A DNA stretch of 64,000 nt, from NCBI RefSeq assembly GCF_009914755.1, contig NC_060926.1. One strand, written 5' to 3'. Under the pieces are notes generated by a model that did no database searches, had not been told where the DNA came from, and saw only the letters and a list, made by a program, of their open reading frames with translations. Position numbers and translations under genes: made by a program. Shown in pieces: positions 40,799 through 56,598 of the stretch (position 1 is its first letter; every line of letters begins with the position of its first letter). This DNA comes from the human T2T-CHM13v2.0 reference genome, Homo sapiens.

Positions 40799-43700
40799 TG
40801 AAAATTGTATGCTTTTAAGGGAGTTTATTACTTAGCAAAGTCAAGAACAGAATGCAGTTCTTGGAGGTACCATTTTGAGGTTGTATTTTTAAAGTGAAAT
40901 TTCTGTAAAACAGAGCTTCTTTCCTTTATAGTAAAATTTGCTATTTGATTTATTCCTCTCTATTGAAATTACTATATGAGAACCTCCTGCATTTGTGTAA
41001 GTTTGGAAATATGGGCATGAATTTATTGAATTGCTATTCCTATAAAAGATTTTTTCCCCAACCCTCCGAATCATATCAGTTTGGATTAGTTTTGTCTATA
41101 TATAGTATATTAATAACTGTGTCTCAGTAAATCTTTGGAAAGCTTAGGAATATGTGGCCTCATACTCAGACTGTCTAATTACAAAAGTAGTATAATTTTT
41201 TTTTACACATCCTTAAAAATATTAAATAAGCTCAGTAGTAAAGGAAAGAGGAAATATCTTCAATCACATACACAATACACAGGTTTACTTTTACCCTTGG
41301 GCAAGGTGATTAATTTACATATGATGGCAACTTAAAATTTTTCTTTAGCCACAGTATAATAGGTAGTATGCCTCAATTTGACCTTAAGAAAATATAAAAG
41401 CAGGCTGAAAGCTTATTTTCATTTAAAGACTATAATCTGCCAAGTTGGAGTGAAGCCTTTAAAACAAAATTGGATCTGGAGTCATGATGGTTTATTTAAC
41501 AGTTGAAGAAAAGTATCTATTCCATGACAACAGATACTGTACTGAGCTGGAAATGAGAGCAGCTTATCTCAAACTAGAGGTGGTAGAAACAGAAGGATGT
41601 TTTTTCAGTTACCTGCTTTTTTTTTTCATTATAGCAGTTCCAAACAGGCTGAATTCATGTTTATATGAAGACAGAAACTAAAGATGAAAAACAGAGGAAA
41701 TTTTGGTTTGGCAGTTGGTAATGGAGTTAGAAATTAAATAGTTGAAGTAAAGTGTAAAACCAGTGAACCAATTTTTCCTCCGTCTCTCCCTCCCTCCATC
41801 TTCTCCCTTTCTTCCTTTTCTCCCCTCCCGCTTTGGTCCCATCTAGGCTTCCTTCCAATATTGAGTAAAGAACTTTTATGGATTAGAGCTAAATTGATAT
41901 TTAATCCGTTGGTTTCCTTCTGTGCTTTGGATAACAATCTGAGATCTATTAAGGACTCACATCATCATGGTCTAGTTGTACAGAATTGGGAATCCAGATA
42001 CCTGAGTTCTACTCAAGCTCCATCACTAATTCATATGCTGTGTGACCTTGAGCCAGGGTCCTTAATCTCAGTGGTAGTAATAAATATATCTATCAACATA
42101 TTTTATAACCAGCCTGTCAGGGATTTTTAAAAACAACTATAACTGTTTAAAATGTTGAATGTTTTAGGGTCATCCACTATATAAATACAGAGTAATGTGA
42201 GTATATAATTCTAATAATTGCTACTTACTCATAAGTACAGAATTATTAGGGCATTTACAGAAGTCACACAACTCAACCTTTAAACAAGCTCAAACTGAGT
42301 AGGATAATGATAGGATTAAAGACTTAGGAATGCCATGTTTTAGATGTGTAAAACTGATACACTCCCCACCTGCTTCTAGCTGTTTTGGAAAAAAGTGAGA
42401 TTTGCTATGCCAAGCATGCCAGTGTTAAGTGAACTCATGTGAACTGTAACATTTTTTGTCCCACTGTTGTCATGACTTTGTACAAATAAACTAAGATAAG
42501 ATTGTCTGGTTCGGGCAGATTCTGATAAAGAGACTTGATAAGAAAAATGCAGTAGTGCTGGAAAATCTACAAGATGAAGGGGAAACTGTTAACAGTTAAT
42601 TTATAAATTTTAATGGCTCTCTGCCCAGGTGCAGTGTCTCTTTGCCATGGGGAGGTATACATTAAACATCAGAGCCCTTAATTTAATAGCTATTATTGCG
42701 GCTGTGTATAGTCTGTTTCTTTATAGTAAGGAATTATTTATCAAAACATAGCTTCCATGCCTCTGGCATTTACTGTTAACCCATTATTTTCTGGACTTTG
42801 GCCTCCTTGACAGGTATTTTAAAATCAATGTAACTCAAGTATCCAGTGGGGAAATAGGGGAATGAGCTTTGATCAATGGTTAGCACACCTACATCCTTTG
42901 CAAGTATTGGTGTGGAGGTGGATGACTGATCTTCTAGAGTGCCCCTCTCCTTCAGTTTGTTTGCTATGATAGGCATTCCAGAGGGTGTGTCAGCTTAGTT
43001 GGAAATACTCGTGGCGCTCTTTAACAGACCAGGAAGCAGACTGTCCCTAAATGAAATACTCCATCTGTTGTCTCAAAAGTGTTAAACTAGTTTCATTTTC
43101 TTTTGTGGCATTCTACCCACAGCTCATTTCATAATTTATGTAAACTTAAAAGTATAGGGGGCTGTTGATGCTAGAAAGAAGAGGAATTTGTGGTTTTGCT
43201 TTTAAATAGTGCCTGTGCATGGGCTGCCTCCTAGTGCTTTTCTGTTTTGGAGAGAATTACACTCACTTTGTGTTCAAGCACCTATCTTCTGGTTTGGACT
43301 AAATCCAGCTCCATAGCTAGCCTTTTGTTTTCATGGGAAGAATACCAAACTTCCATGTTAGTCTTTAATAATTTTGTTAAGGCGAGCTAGTGTTTTTCCC
43401 TTCTGATTAGTTACAAAGCCTTTGTACATTAAAGTTTCCTGATTTTTTTTTCTCATGCTTTTGAATAACAATATACTCTGAATAAACCAAGTATATTCTA
43501 AAATCTTCTATTTTGGGCCTTATTAATAAGAAATGGACTTTTAGAACGTTTGAAATGTTGAATAATGAAGTGACTAAGTGCTACACACATACTATAATAA
43601 AATCTCTTCAAACGAGCATGGTCTAAATTCAAAATTTTAAAGGGGAATGTGTAGTTCTTATAACCAGTCACTGAAACAGATGAGGCTTTATTGCTTAGAA

Positions 43701-44516
43701 GTACCAACATAGTTTTAAAAATAATAACTGGGTAATTAATATATTAATGGTATATACAGGGGAATTTGGATTTTTCTTAGTGGTGGGGGAAGTAAGACAC
43801 ACAAATGCTCCATGTGGTCATGTGTTATAGTGCCATAGTGCAGCAAAGGTAGACGGAGATTACTTTTGATTTAAGAGATTGGAGCAGAGTTCACAGGAAT
43901 GGGTAAGAATAACATATCAGTGAGAAATGGGTGGGGAAAAATGATTTCAGGAGAATAGTATGCACTGTGGGAGGAAGCAGGAGGTAGATCCAGGGTTGTG
44001 GTGGGAGTGGAGGTATCTAATTGACTCTGTCCCTAGCACATGCTGTCACAGGGCACTGTGTGGGCAGCTGGCAATAAGCTACATAGATAATGAATGCTGG
44101 GCTGGGATGGCCTGGGGAAGACTGACAGCAAGGAAGGGACTTTCGGGCTAGTCTTTGAGGGAAGGGAAGGATTTGATTAGGAATCTGGGTGTTCTTAAGA
44201 GCATAGACACCAAGACAAAAACAAGGGCAGTAAGACCAATTTTGCTCTATTGAGGTTGAGAAGAAAAATTAAGTTAGCTGGACTGAAGAACCTTGAATAC
44301 AAGGCTGAAGAACTTAAATGTTATCAGGAATGATTTTGGGTTTCTTGATACTCCGCTGCTTAGAAACCTGTAGTGATTAGAGCAATGTTTTGAGAATATG
44401 ATTAGAAGTATGTGGAGAGGTTTTGGAGGGTGGAAGAAGGACCAGAAGCAGAGGCATCAGTTAATGATTGAATAAATCTTGTAATGATATTCAAAGATGT
44501 AAAAGTTAAGGTAGAT

Positions 44517-44810
44517 GGGCTGGGCACAGGGGCTCACACCTGTAATCCCTACACTTTGGGAGGCTGAGGCAGGCAGATCGCTTGAGGTCGGGAGTTTGGG
44601 ACCAGCCTGGCCAACCTAGTGAAACCCCGTCTCTACCAAAAACTACAAAAATTAGATTAGTGGTGGCACATGCCTGTAATCCCAGCTACTCCAGAGGCTG
44701 AGGTGGGAGAATCACTTGAACCCGAGAGGCGAAGGTTGTATGAGCCGAGATCTTGCCACTGCACTCCAGCCTGGGTGACAGAGCGAGACCTTGTCTCAAA
44801 AAAAATAAAA
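44517..44810 (+). mobile_element. AluS-like SINE
   Basis: ggctgggcacaggggctcac...gagaatcacttgaacc...gtctcaaaaaaaataaaa. Confidence 0.9.
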
Positions 44811-44894
44811 TGCAGGGTTGGGGGCCGATAGAGGAATTAATTTTGCAATTTAATACCCAAAATTGAATATTTGATGCCTTGAGGGAGAATATTC

Positions 44895-46200
44895 ACTTAG
44901 TCAATAGATATTTAATGAGCACCTATTATGTGTGATAGACACTGAGTTTACGGTGGGGAACAGAAAGACAAGTGGTCTCTGCCCACATGGAGCCTATATT
45001 TAATGAGAGAGACAAAAAACAAGTATATATAAAAATATATATACTTTATATATAGTTATATATAACAAATATAGTTAAAAAGGATATAGTTAACAATACA
45101 ATATATATATATATATGAAGGGGAAAAGCAAGGTAAGGGATAAGGAGTGATGAAAAGAGGGGAGTGTTTTAGAGTCTTGAGAGAACATTTGAATGGAGAC
45201 CTACCCAAAGGGAGGGGGAGAGGGAGCCTCCTGACAGCCTGGGGAAAGAGCATCTCTAGCAGCCAGTTGTAGGCCTTGAGTGCCTGAGACCAGCCAGATG
45301 TTCTGAATGGAGTAGAGCTGGAAAGGGAAGAGTGGTAGGAATGATATGTGCAGTGTAACCAGGAATAGAGCCTTTAGGGTCCTGAAAGCCATGGTAAAGA
45401 GTTTGATTTTCCTTTAGATATGATGGAAAGGTACGGGAGTTCCTTGATGTTTTTAAAAGATCCCTATGGCAGCAGAGGTGATAAGGTGGTGGTTCAGATG
45501 AGGCCTAAGGCAATAGTGATAGAGGTGGTGAGAAGTGATAGGATTCCAAACATATTTTGCAGGAAAGAGGATTTATTGATGAGCTAGATGTGGGCTGTGA
45601 GAGAAAGAATAGAATCAAGGACTACCCCCCATGGTCTGTATGGTGAATTTGTCTGAATTAGAAAAAGCTAATTCTGTCTCTGGCCAGAAGCAGAAGCACT
45701 TCTCAGCACCACTGGGTAAAGAAGCTCCCTTCCTCCCAGCACATGTACCTGGGTGCTAGGACACCTTGGTGGGAAGAGCGTGGGCTGGTAACCCGTGTTG
45801 GCCCTGTGGCCAGGCATCCTTGTGAAGGACTCAACCTGCATAAGTGAATGCAGCAGCACTGGATGACTCCTGAGTTTGTGGCCTGAGCAAGTGGGTGAAT
45901 TGTAGTGTCATCCCCAAACTGGGGAGACTAGAAGAGGAGCTGACTGTGAGTGGCAGAAGACAGGGCAAAGCAAATTCCATTTTGGGTATAAGTCTGAGAT
46001 GCCCATTAAAAGTCCTGGAAGCAATGTCAAGTAGGCAGATGGCTATGAACTGGAGCCAGGGTGAGAAGCCGGCAGGACTGTTGCTGTTTTTGAGTTTGAA
46101 GTGACTATCAAGTGGAGCTGTAGGACTGGAGCTTAGGAGAAAGATTTAGATTAAAGATGGGGAAGTCAGTGTGCCCAGAGGAATAGATGAATTCTTTGAG
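44895..46200. mobile_element. L2 LINE remnant (interrupted)
   Basis: atatttaatgagcacctattatgtg, ggatgactcc...ggcctgagcaa, agatgtgggctgtgagagaaaga L2 motifs; boundaries approximate. Confidence 0.6.
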
Positions 46201-47027
46201 GGACATTATATTGAAAAACAAGAAGATTGGACTGCCTTGGGAGTATTATTTGGCAGTGGAAAGTGGGTAATGAATCTGCAAAGCAGCAAACAGGAGGAAG
46301 ATTAGGGTGATGGAGCAGCATGGAAGGCAAGTCGTGAGAGGGTGGAGGGTGCTGGGGGGATCTGAAGGAATCAGGGCTTAGGAAGCTGCTGGAGCTTTGG
46401 AGAGCGCTGTTTAGAGGTAACAATGAGTGTGAAGGTAATTTTCAGGGAATTAAAAATATACTTTCAGGAAATAAGCGCTGAAGGGAGAACAATAGGGTCA
46501 AGTGTTGCTTTTTAAAAATAGGATGAAATTGTGTCTGTTTTAAGGTAAACTGAGAGAACCAATGAAAGAGGAAAAGTTAAAGATGCTAGAAACAAAGGGG
46601 ATCAGTGAGGGAACAAGAACAGGGCATCTAGAGGATAAGTGTTTGAAGGAATAGATAAAAAGTAGTCTCAAAAATGAGGAAGCTTTTTACTTTGAGCGAT
46701 GAAAACAGTTTTTATCTTTTTAGCAAAGTTGTAGTTAGGATCTTCTGTCTGTTTTTAGGGGTCTCCACTGGTATTAAAGGCCTGAAGAAAGTATGGCGGG
46801 AACCAACAAGAAAAAAAAATTGTCAAGCAGTAATGAGAGACCAGGTGGAAATATGGAGAATAATCTGTAATAGCCAGTCAGTATTCTGTGGTCCAAGAGC
46901 AAAAAGGGAATTGAGAATTCAGAGTTGACCCCATTAAAAAAGAAAGACATTAAGGACACCTGAAACAGTGGTTTATAACCCAGAAAAGTGCATATCAAAG
47001 TCACCTGGAGACTTTAAACAAAATTAT

Positions 47028-47155
47028 GGGCTGAGCATGTTGGCTCATGCCTGTAATCCCAACAGTTTGGGAGGCCAAGGCAGAAGGATTGCTTAAGGCC
47101 CGGAGTTCAAGACCAGCCTGGCCAACATAGTGAGACCCCATCTCTATAAAAAACA
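47028..47155 (+). mobile_element. FLAM/Alu monomer inside a MER5-like element (~46965-47320)
   Basis: ggctgagcatgttggctc...ggattgcttaaggcc...ccatctctataaaa. Confidence 0.8.
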
Positions 47156-48670
47156 ACAAACTCTATGCATTTACCTCCTTTCCCTAAAATGTATCGGATT
47201 GAGGTGTAGGAGTAGGACAACAAGAAATGGGAGAGATGTTTATGTATGTTTTTAGAACATTCTGGGTGATGTTCTTCAGTTCTTTGTTCCACCCCCATTC
47301 TCCATTAAGAAAACTGTTCTGGACTCTGGGCAGGAATAGAAAAGGATGGCTGGAAGGGAAGCTAAAGGACTAAGTGGAAAGTTTTTTGAAGTGGTATCAA
47401 CACAAATAGTAATAGTAGTATTTTGGGGGTGTGCTCAGCTAGTTAAGTTCCTGTACTGCAGACCTTTACAGAGTCTTTCATATGCTCATGAATCTCCAAG
47501 AGGGGGATTGAATATTTTAAGATCATATACAAACACAGGATCCTTATTTTCATGGGCCATCTTACGGACTAGTTTCTGCAAATTACACTTTGAAAATGAT
47601 GAATTAGAGAACTGCAGCAATGATCAGTTCCAGTTAATTTGGAAGGTTCATGGGTTTTGGAAGGGGGAAGCCATACTGGAAAGGGAGAATGTCCGGGTTA
47701 AGATCTTGAAGCACAGTTCCAGGCTGTGGCTTTGTTGGTGGAGAGCTGGGTTACTTTCCATTCCCCAGTTAAACTTGTTTTCTACCATTGAGTCCAGTAT
47801 CAGTTGAGTCATCAATATGAATGTTGAAGTTGCAAAGTGTAAGACAAAATGGGGAATTTATGAAGTATTTACAAATATTCTATGGTCAATAGTTTAATTT
47901 CTCATAGATAGGGATGGATAAAGTCTTTATGAAAGCAGACCAAAATCCAATGGCTTTTCAAATAACTAGACTTTTCCTCTTAACTATAAGAAAAGGAAAG
48001 TGGGTAACTGTCAAAAGTAGATACACTTTGAAATCTTGGAGCACTTAATAGAGGTGACTTAATATTTTGGAGTTGAGAAACTTTTAAACACAGCAGTGTC
48101 ATAAGTTCTGAGAATGACCCAATTTGTACCACCTGGGCATTGAACTGAAGGCTGTCTTTCCAGTGAAGTAAAGTTTAAGATGACAGTTAACACTGAATGT
48201 TCTCTCTTAAGATTTGCAAAGAAGCCAGTGATTGGTGAGGATAGTGATTCTTGGCAGGGATTAGACATTTATATAGCATGATTTAATTTTTAATAATGTG
48301 AATTTTATCAGCATACAGACTTCCTCACAATATTGAGACATAGAAAATGGGAAGGCTTCTAAACAATTTTCAGTTGCCCCAACTGTATGAGTTTCACAAA
48401 ATTCCATTCTCTTCTGCCAAGTGATATTATTCCATTCCTTCCCTTGTGTATCTTATCTTTATTATTGAATTTTCCCTCACAATCCACTGTTAAAAGAAGA
48501 AAGTATCACACACGTGGGTTCTTTTGGCTATGGAAGTGTCCTTGAGATCACTTTTTGCACGTGACTCAGCTGAAGTGTTCAAAGCACATGGAAATCACTT
48601 GCCAGTGACAGGTGGACGTTGTATGTGTTTTCTCTCTCCTAAGGATGCCTAAACTTTCTTTTCTTCACAG

Positions 48671-48732
48671 GTAAAGTCAGTGATAAATCTTTTGTTTGCT
48701 GCATATACTGGAGATGTGTCTGCACTTCGAAG
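48671..48732 (+). CDS. GLS: GLS exon 16 (62 nt, KGA-specific): VKSVINLLFAAYTGDVSALR(R), ankyrin repeat region
   Basis: cttttcttcacag|GTAAAG acceptor, AAG|gtatgt donor; in frame with exon 14. Confidence 0.96.
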
Positions 48733-49053
48733 GTATGTTTACAGGATGGATTAGCATGCACTTTACAGATATTTATGAAGTTGCTTCTGGGCGAGCAGCC
48801 ATTTTAAGGTTAAAGTCTCACTTTTCTTTCCCTTTGATAAAAATGACCCCAACAAAATTTTTATTAAATAGGCACTTCCAGTGCCTTAGGCCTGCTTTCC
48901 AATCTTGTCCTTTTCTGCCTCCTATAAAAAAGACCATATCTCTGTTTCCCCAAGTAGTAACTGTTCAGCTAATCTGGCTAATTAGTACCAGTGGCTTACT
49001 GGAATTGGACAGTGCCTTCTCACTCCCTGTCTACCCTCCATTCCCAATCTTTG

Positions 49054-49056
<3 letters not shown>

Positions 49057-49102
<46 letters not shown>
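49057..49102 (+). repeat. (TG)23 microsatellite in intron 16
   Basis: Perfect dinucleotide run. Confidence 0.98.
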
Positions 49103-49104
<2 letters not shown>

Positions 49105-49689
49105 GCAGCTGGGGGGTTTGGTGTCTGGCAGATCATCAGGATTAGTAAGGCCATATACTGCTGTATACCTAAGGTCTTTTGTGTAGAGTTGTAACTTATT
49201 TTCTTTTTTTTTTCTCCCATTAATACCTCAAATAACTGATTTTCAAAGTGGAAAAATGTCTGTGCTTCCCCCCCTTGTTTTGAAGTCTGACAAGTACTAG
49301 TAGACTGTGAAATGTTTAAGAATGGGAGTCTTAGTAAAACATACAACTTTACTATAGGGATTAGTTTCTTGCCCTTATGAGACATAAACCTTGGTACACA
49401 GTTGTGCCATAATTCTTAAGTTGCGAACAATAATGTAATAAAGTTTAATTCTGTGAGAGATGGTTAACATTTAATCTTACCTAAAAAAAAGCAAAGCTGA
49501 GGAAGAGAGGTGAAGTGGCATCTACCCAAAACACCTGTGTACTGGTTAATAAGGTCGGTAGTTCCCATTAATGAGCTTGATGAAGGATGGCACCTGACAG
49601 GGCCTTAAATGAACTGATGGAGTGAATGTTACCAGTGTGAATTAAATTTGCTTTATATATAATAAATAGCTGTGCTTACACATTTTCAG

Positions 49690-49766
49690 ATTTGCTTTGT
49701 CAGCTATGGACATGGAACAGCGGGACTATGATTCTAGAACAGCACTCCATGTAGCTGCTGCAGAGG
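49690..49766 (+). CDS. GLS: GLS exon 17 (77 nt, KGA): (R)[25 protein letters not shown](G)
   Basis: ttttcag|ATTTGC acceptor, AGG|gtaata donor; ankyrin TALHVAA motif. Confidence 0.96.
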
Positions 49767-49860
49767 GTAATACAGGAACTACTCCTATCTATTTTCTTTC
49801 CAGATTTAATTTCTACTTAGTACTAAAATCTGCTCTTTTTTTGGGGGTGGGACGGTATAG

Positions 49861-49924
49861 GTCATGTTGAAGTTGTTAAATTTTTGCTGGAAGCCTGCAA
49901 AGTAAACCCTTTCCCCAAGGACAG
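49861..49924 (+). CDS. GLS: GLS exon 18 (64 nt, KGA): (G)[20 protein letters not shown](R)
   Basis: gtatag|GTCATG acceptor, CAG|gtgagc donor; 94-nt intron 17; ankyrin GH.EVVK.LL motif. Confidence 0.96.
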
Positions 49925-50242
49925 GTGAGCACTTATGTTACCTTCTAAATATGTCAGTATTTTATTATGCAGGACTGTAATATTCAAGTGATGATAATAT
50001 TTCAACCTACTAAGACATTCTTGAACCTGCTATGATATCTTATAAAGGCAATAAACCTTGTTTCTACTAGATAGGTAATTCTGTCTCCCATATCCTGTTT
50101 CTTATCTAAGAATGGTGTCTTATTTAGAAATTTTCAGGTTGATTTGACCATTAGTCAATACACTGTATGAACAAAACAATTTTTTTTTTGCATTTGGGAA
50201 GAAAGAATTGGAATTTTATCCTCATGGATTTTAAAAAAAAAA

Positions 50243-54666
<4,424 letters not shown>

Positions 54667-55466
54667 CCTCGTGGAGTTTTTAACAACCCAGGGTAGACAA
54701 GACAAACCTTTAGAGAAGCATAAACTTTAAGATGATAATTAACACTGAATGTTCTCTCTTAGGATTTGCAAAGAAGCCAGTGATTGGTGAGGACAGTGAT
54801 TGCTGGCAGGGATTCGACATTTATGCAGCCTGATGTTGTTTTTAATAATAATGTGAATTTTATCAGCATACAAACTTGCTCACAATATTGAGACATACAA
54901 AATGGGAAGGCTTCTAAACAAGCTAAAATGTATAAGAAAACTGTTAACTCTAAAATGAATATATTGGAGTTTGTTGAAATTTCTGCATTTGGTTGGAATC
55001 AGTTTCAGAAGGCTTCATGAAGTTAAATTTTAATCAGTGCTTTAGGGAAGAGACGAGACTGAAGGCACAGAATGAAAAGAAGGGCATTCTATCTATAGTG
55101 GGAAAAATATGCCTAGAATATATTCTGCTCCTCTCCTCTCTCTCCTGGTCGACATAGCAAACTGCTATTCATCCTGCAACAAATGATGTCAACAAAGTGG
55201 TCAGGGAAGGGATAAGAATGCAGCTTACACATATACATGTACAGTAAACTCTAGATTCATATCCTTGGACATTATGTACTGGAGTAGAGTATATGAGTCA
55301 ATGAGTAATGAGAATAAAAGTTTAGAATGGGAAAAAAACGCATACTTGATGGTGGTTTGATATGTATTAGGAGTTTGGATTCATTTGAGAACTGGGAGCT
55401 GTATTAAGTTTGGAGCAAGTTGATTACTCTTTAGCTGTATTGTGTTTCTGTTTATTAAGCTTCAAT

Positions 55467-55781
55467 TTTTTTTTTTTTTTTTTTTTTGAGACTGGGTCTT
55501 GCCTTGCCACTCAGGCTGAAGTGCAAGTGGCATGATCATAGTTCACTGCAGCCTTAACTTCCCAGGCTCAAGCGATCCTCCCACCTCAACCTCCTGAGTA
55601 GCTGCAATCACAGGCAAACACCACCATGCCTGGCTAATTTATTTATTTATTTTTTATTTTTTGTAGAGGCAGAATCTTACTATGTTGCCCAAGCTGGTCT
55701 CCAACTCCTGGGCTCAAGCGGTCCTCCCATCTCAGCCTCCCAAAGTGTTGGGATTACAGGTGTGAGCCATTGAGCCTGGCC
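55467..55781 (-). mobile_element. AluJ-like SINE
   Basis: polyT + gagactgggtc...caagcgatcctcccacc...cctggcc. Confidence 0.88.
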
Positions 55782-56319
55782 AACTATCTTTTTTAAAATT
55801 AGGGCTTGGGTTTTGTTGGTTCAGCTGTTAGCTTGCAAGAAATGCAGAAAAGTTATGTCAGTGTCTGACAAATGTTAGCAATTTTGTAAGTTTGCTAACA
55901 CTTTGGTTATCTAACTTTATTCCTATAGTTGTAAAAAAGCACTATGATTAAAAACTCCTTTATTGGCAGTATTCTAAAACCTCATGTTAGGTTGACAGTC
56001 TTCTTCCCTTTCCCCAAATTTTAATACCCACCCCAGGTTTCTAAAGCAAAAAATTGAAGAGCATTTTCCTCCTGTGTTTATAATCCCAACTAAAACACTA
56101 TGTAATACATGTTGGAAATATTACTGTGCTTTGTATATGTATTAATTTTTTTTGCCCTAAATTGGCCTCTAGGAATGTGAAAGTAGATGTACCCACCTGA
56201 TAAGAAAAAGTGAGCTAAGTAACTAACTTGATAACTAGGCATTCAACAAGTCTTTTTCTCTATTTCATAGAATCAGTGTCACCTTAAATTATAATAGGTT
56301 TGCACAGAATTCGTGAATT

Positions 56320-56598
56320 CTTGAGATAGAGTCTTGCTCTGTTGCCCAGGCTGGAGTGCAGTGGCGTGATCTCGTTCACTGCAACCTCTGCCTCCCAGGT
56401 TCAGGCAATTCTCCTGCCTCAGCCACCTGAGTAGCTGGGATTACAGGTGTGTTCCACCACGCCCAGCTAATTTTTGTATTTTTAGTAGAGAGGGGTTTCG
56501 CCATGTTGGTCATTCTGGTCTTGAACTCCTGGCCTCAAGTGGTGCACCCACCTTGGCCTCCCAAAGTGATAGGATTACAGGCATCACTGTATCTGGCT
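56320..56598 (-). mobile_element. AluS-like SINE lacking a visible tail
   Basis: ttgagatagagtcttgctc...gattacaggcatcactgtatctggc. Confidence 0.85.

Noticed and set aside
47346-47807. 153-aa ORF in intron 14
   Set aside because: No recognisable domain, no convincing splice or promoter context; compatible with chance
48696-49385. ORFs ending in CVCVCV / containing HTHTHT
   Set aside because: Artefacts of the (TG)n microsatellite; out of frame with exon 16
54667-54921. Repeat copy 2 as an L1 transduction
   Set aside because: It lies outside the apparent TSD and at the L1 5' end, not between the 3'UTR and the tail
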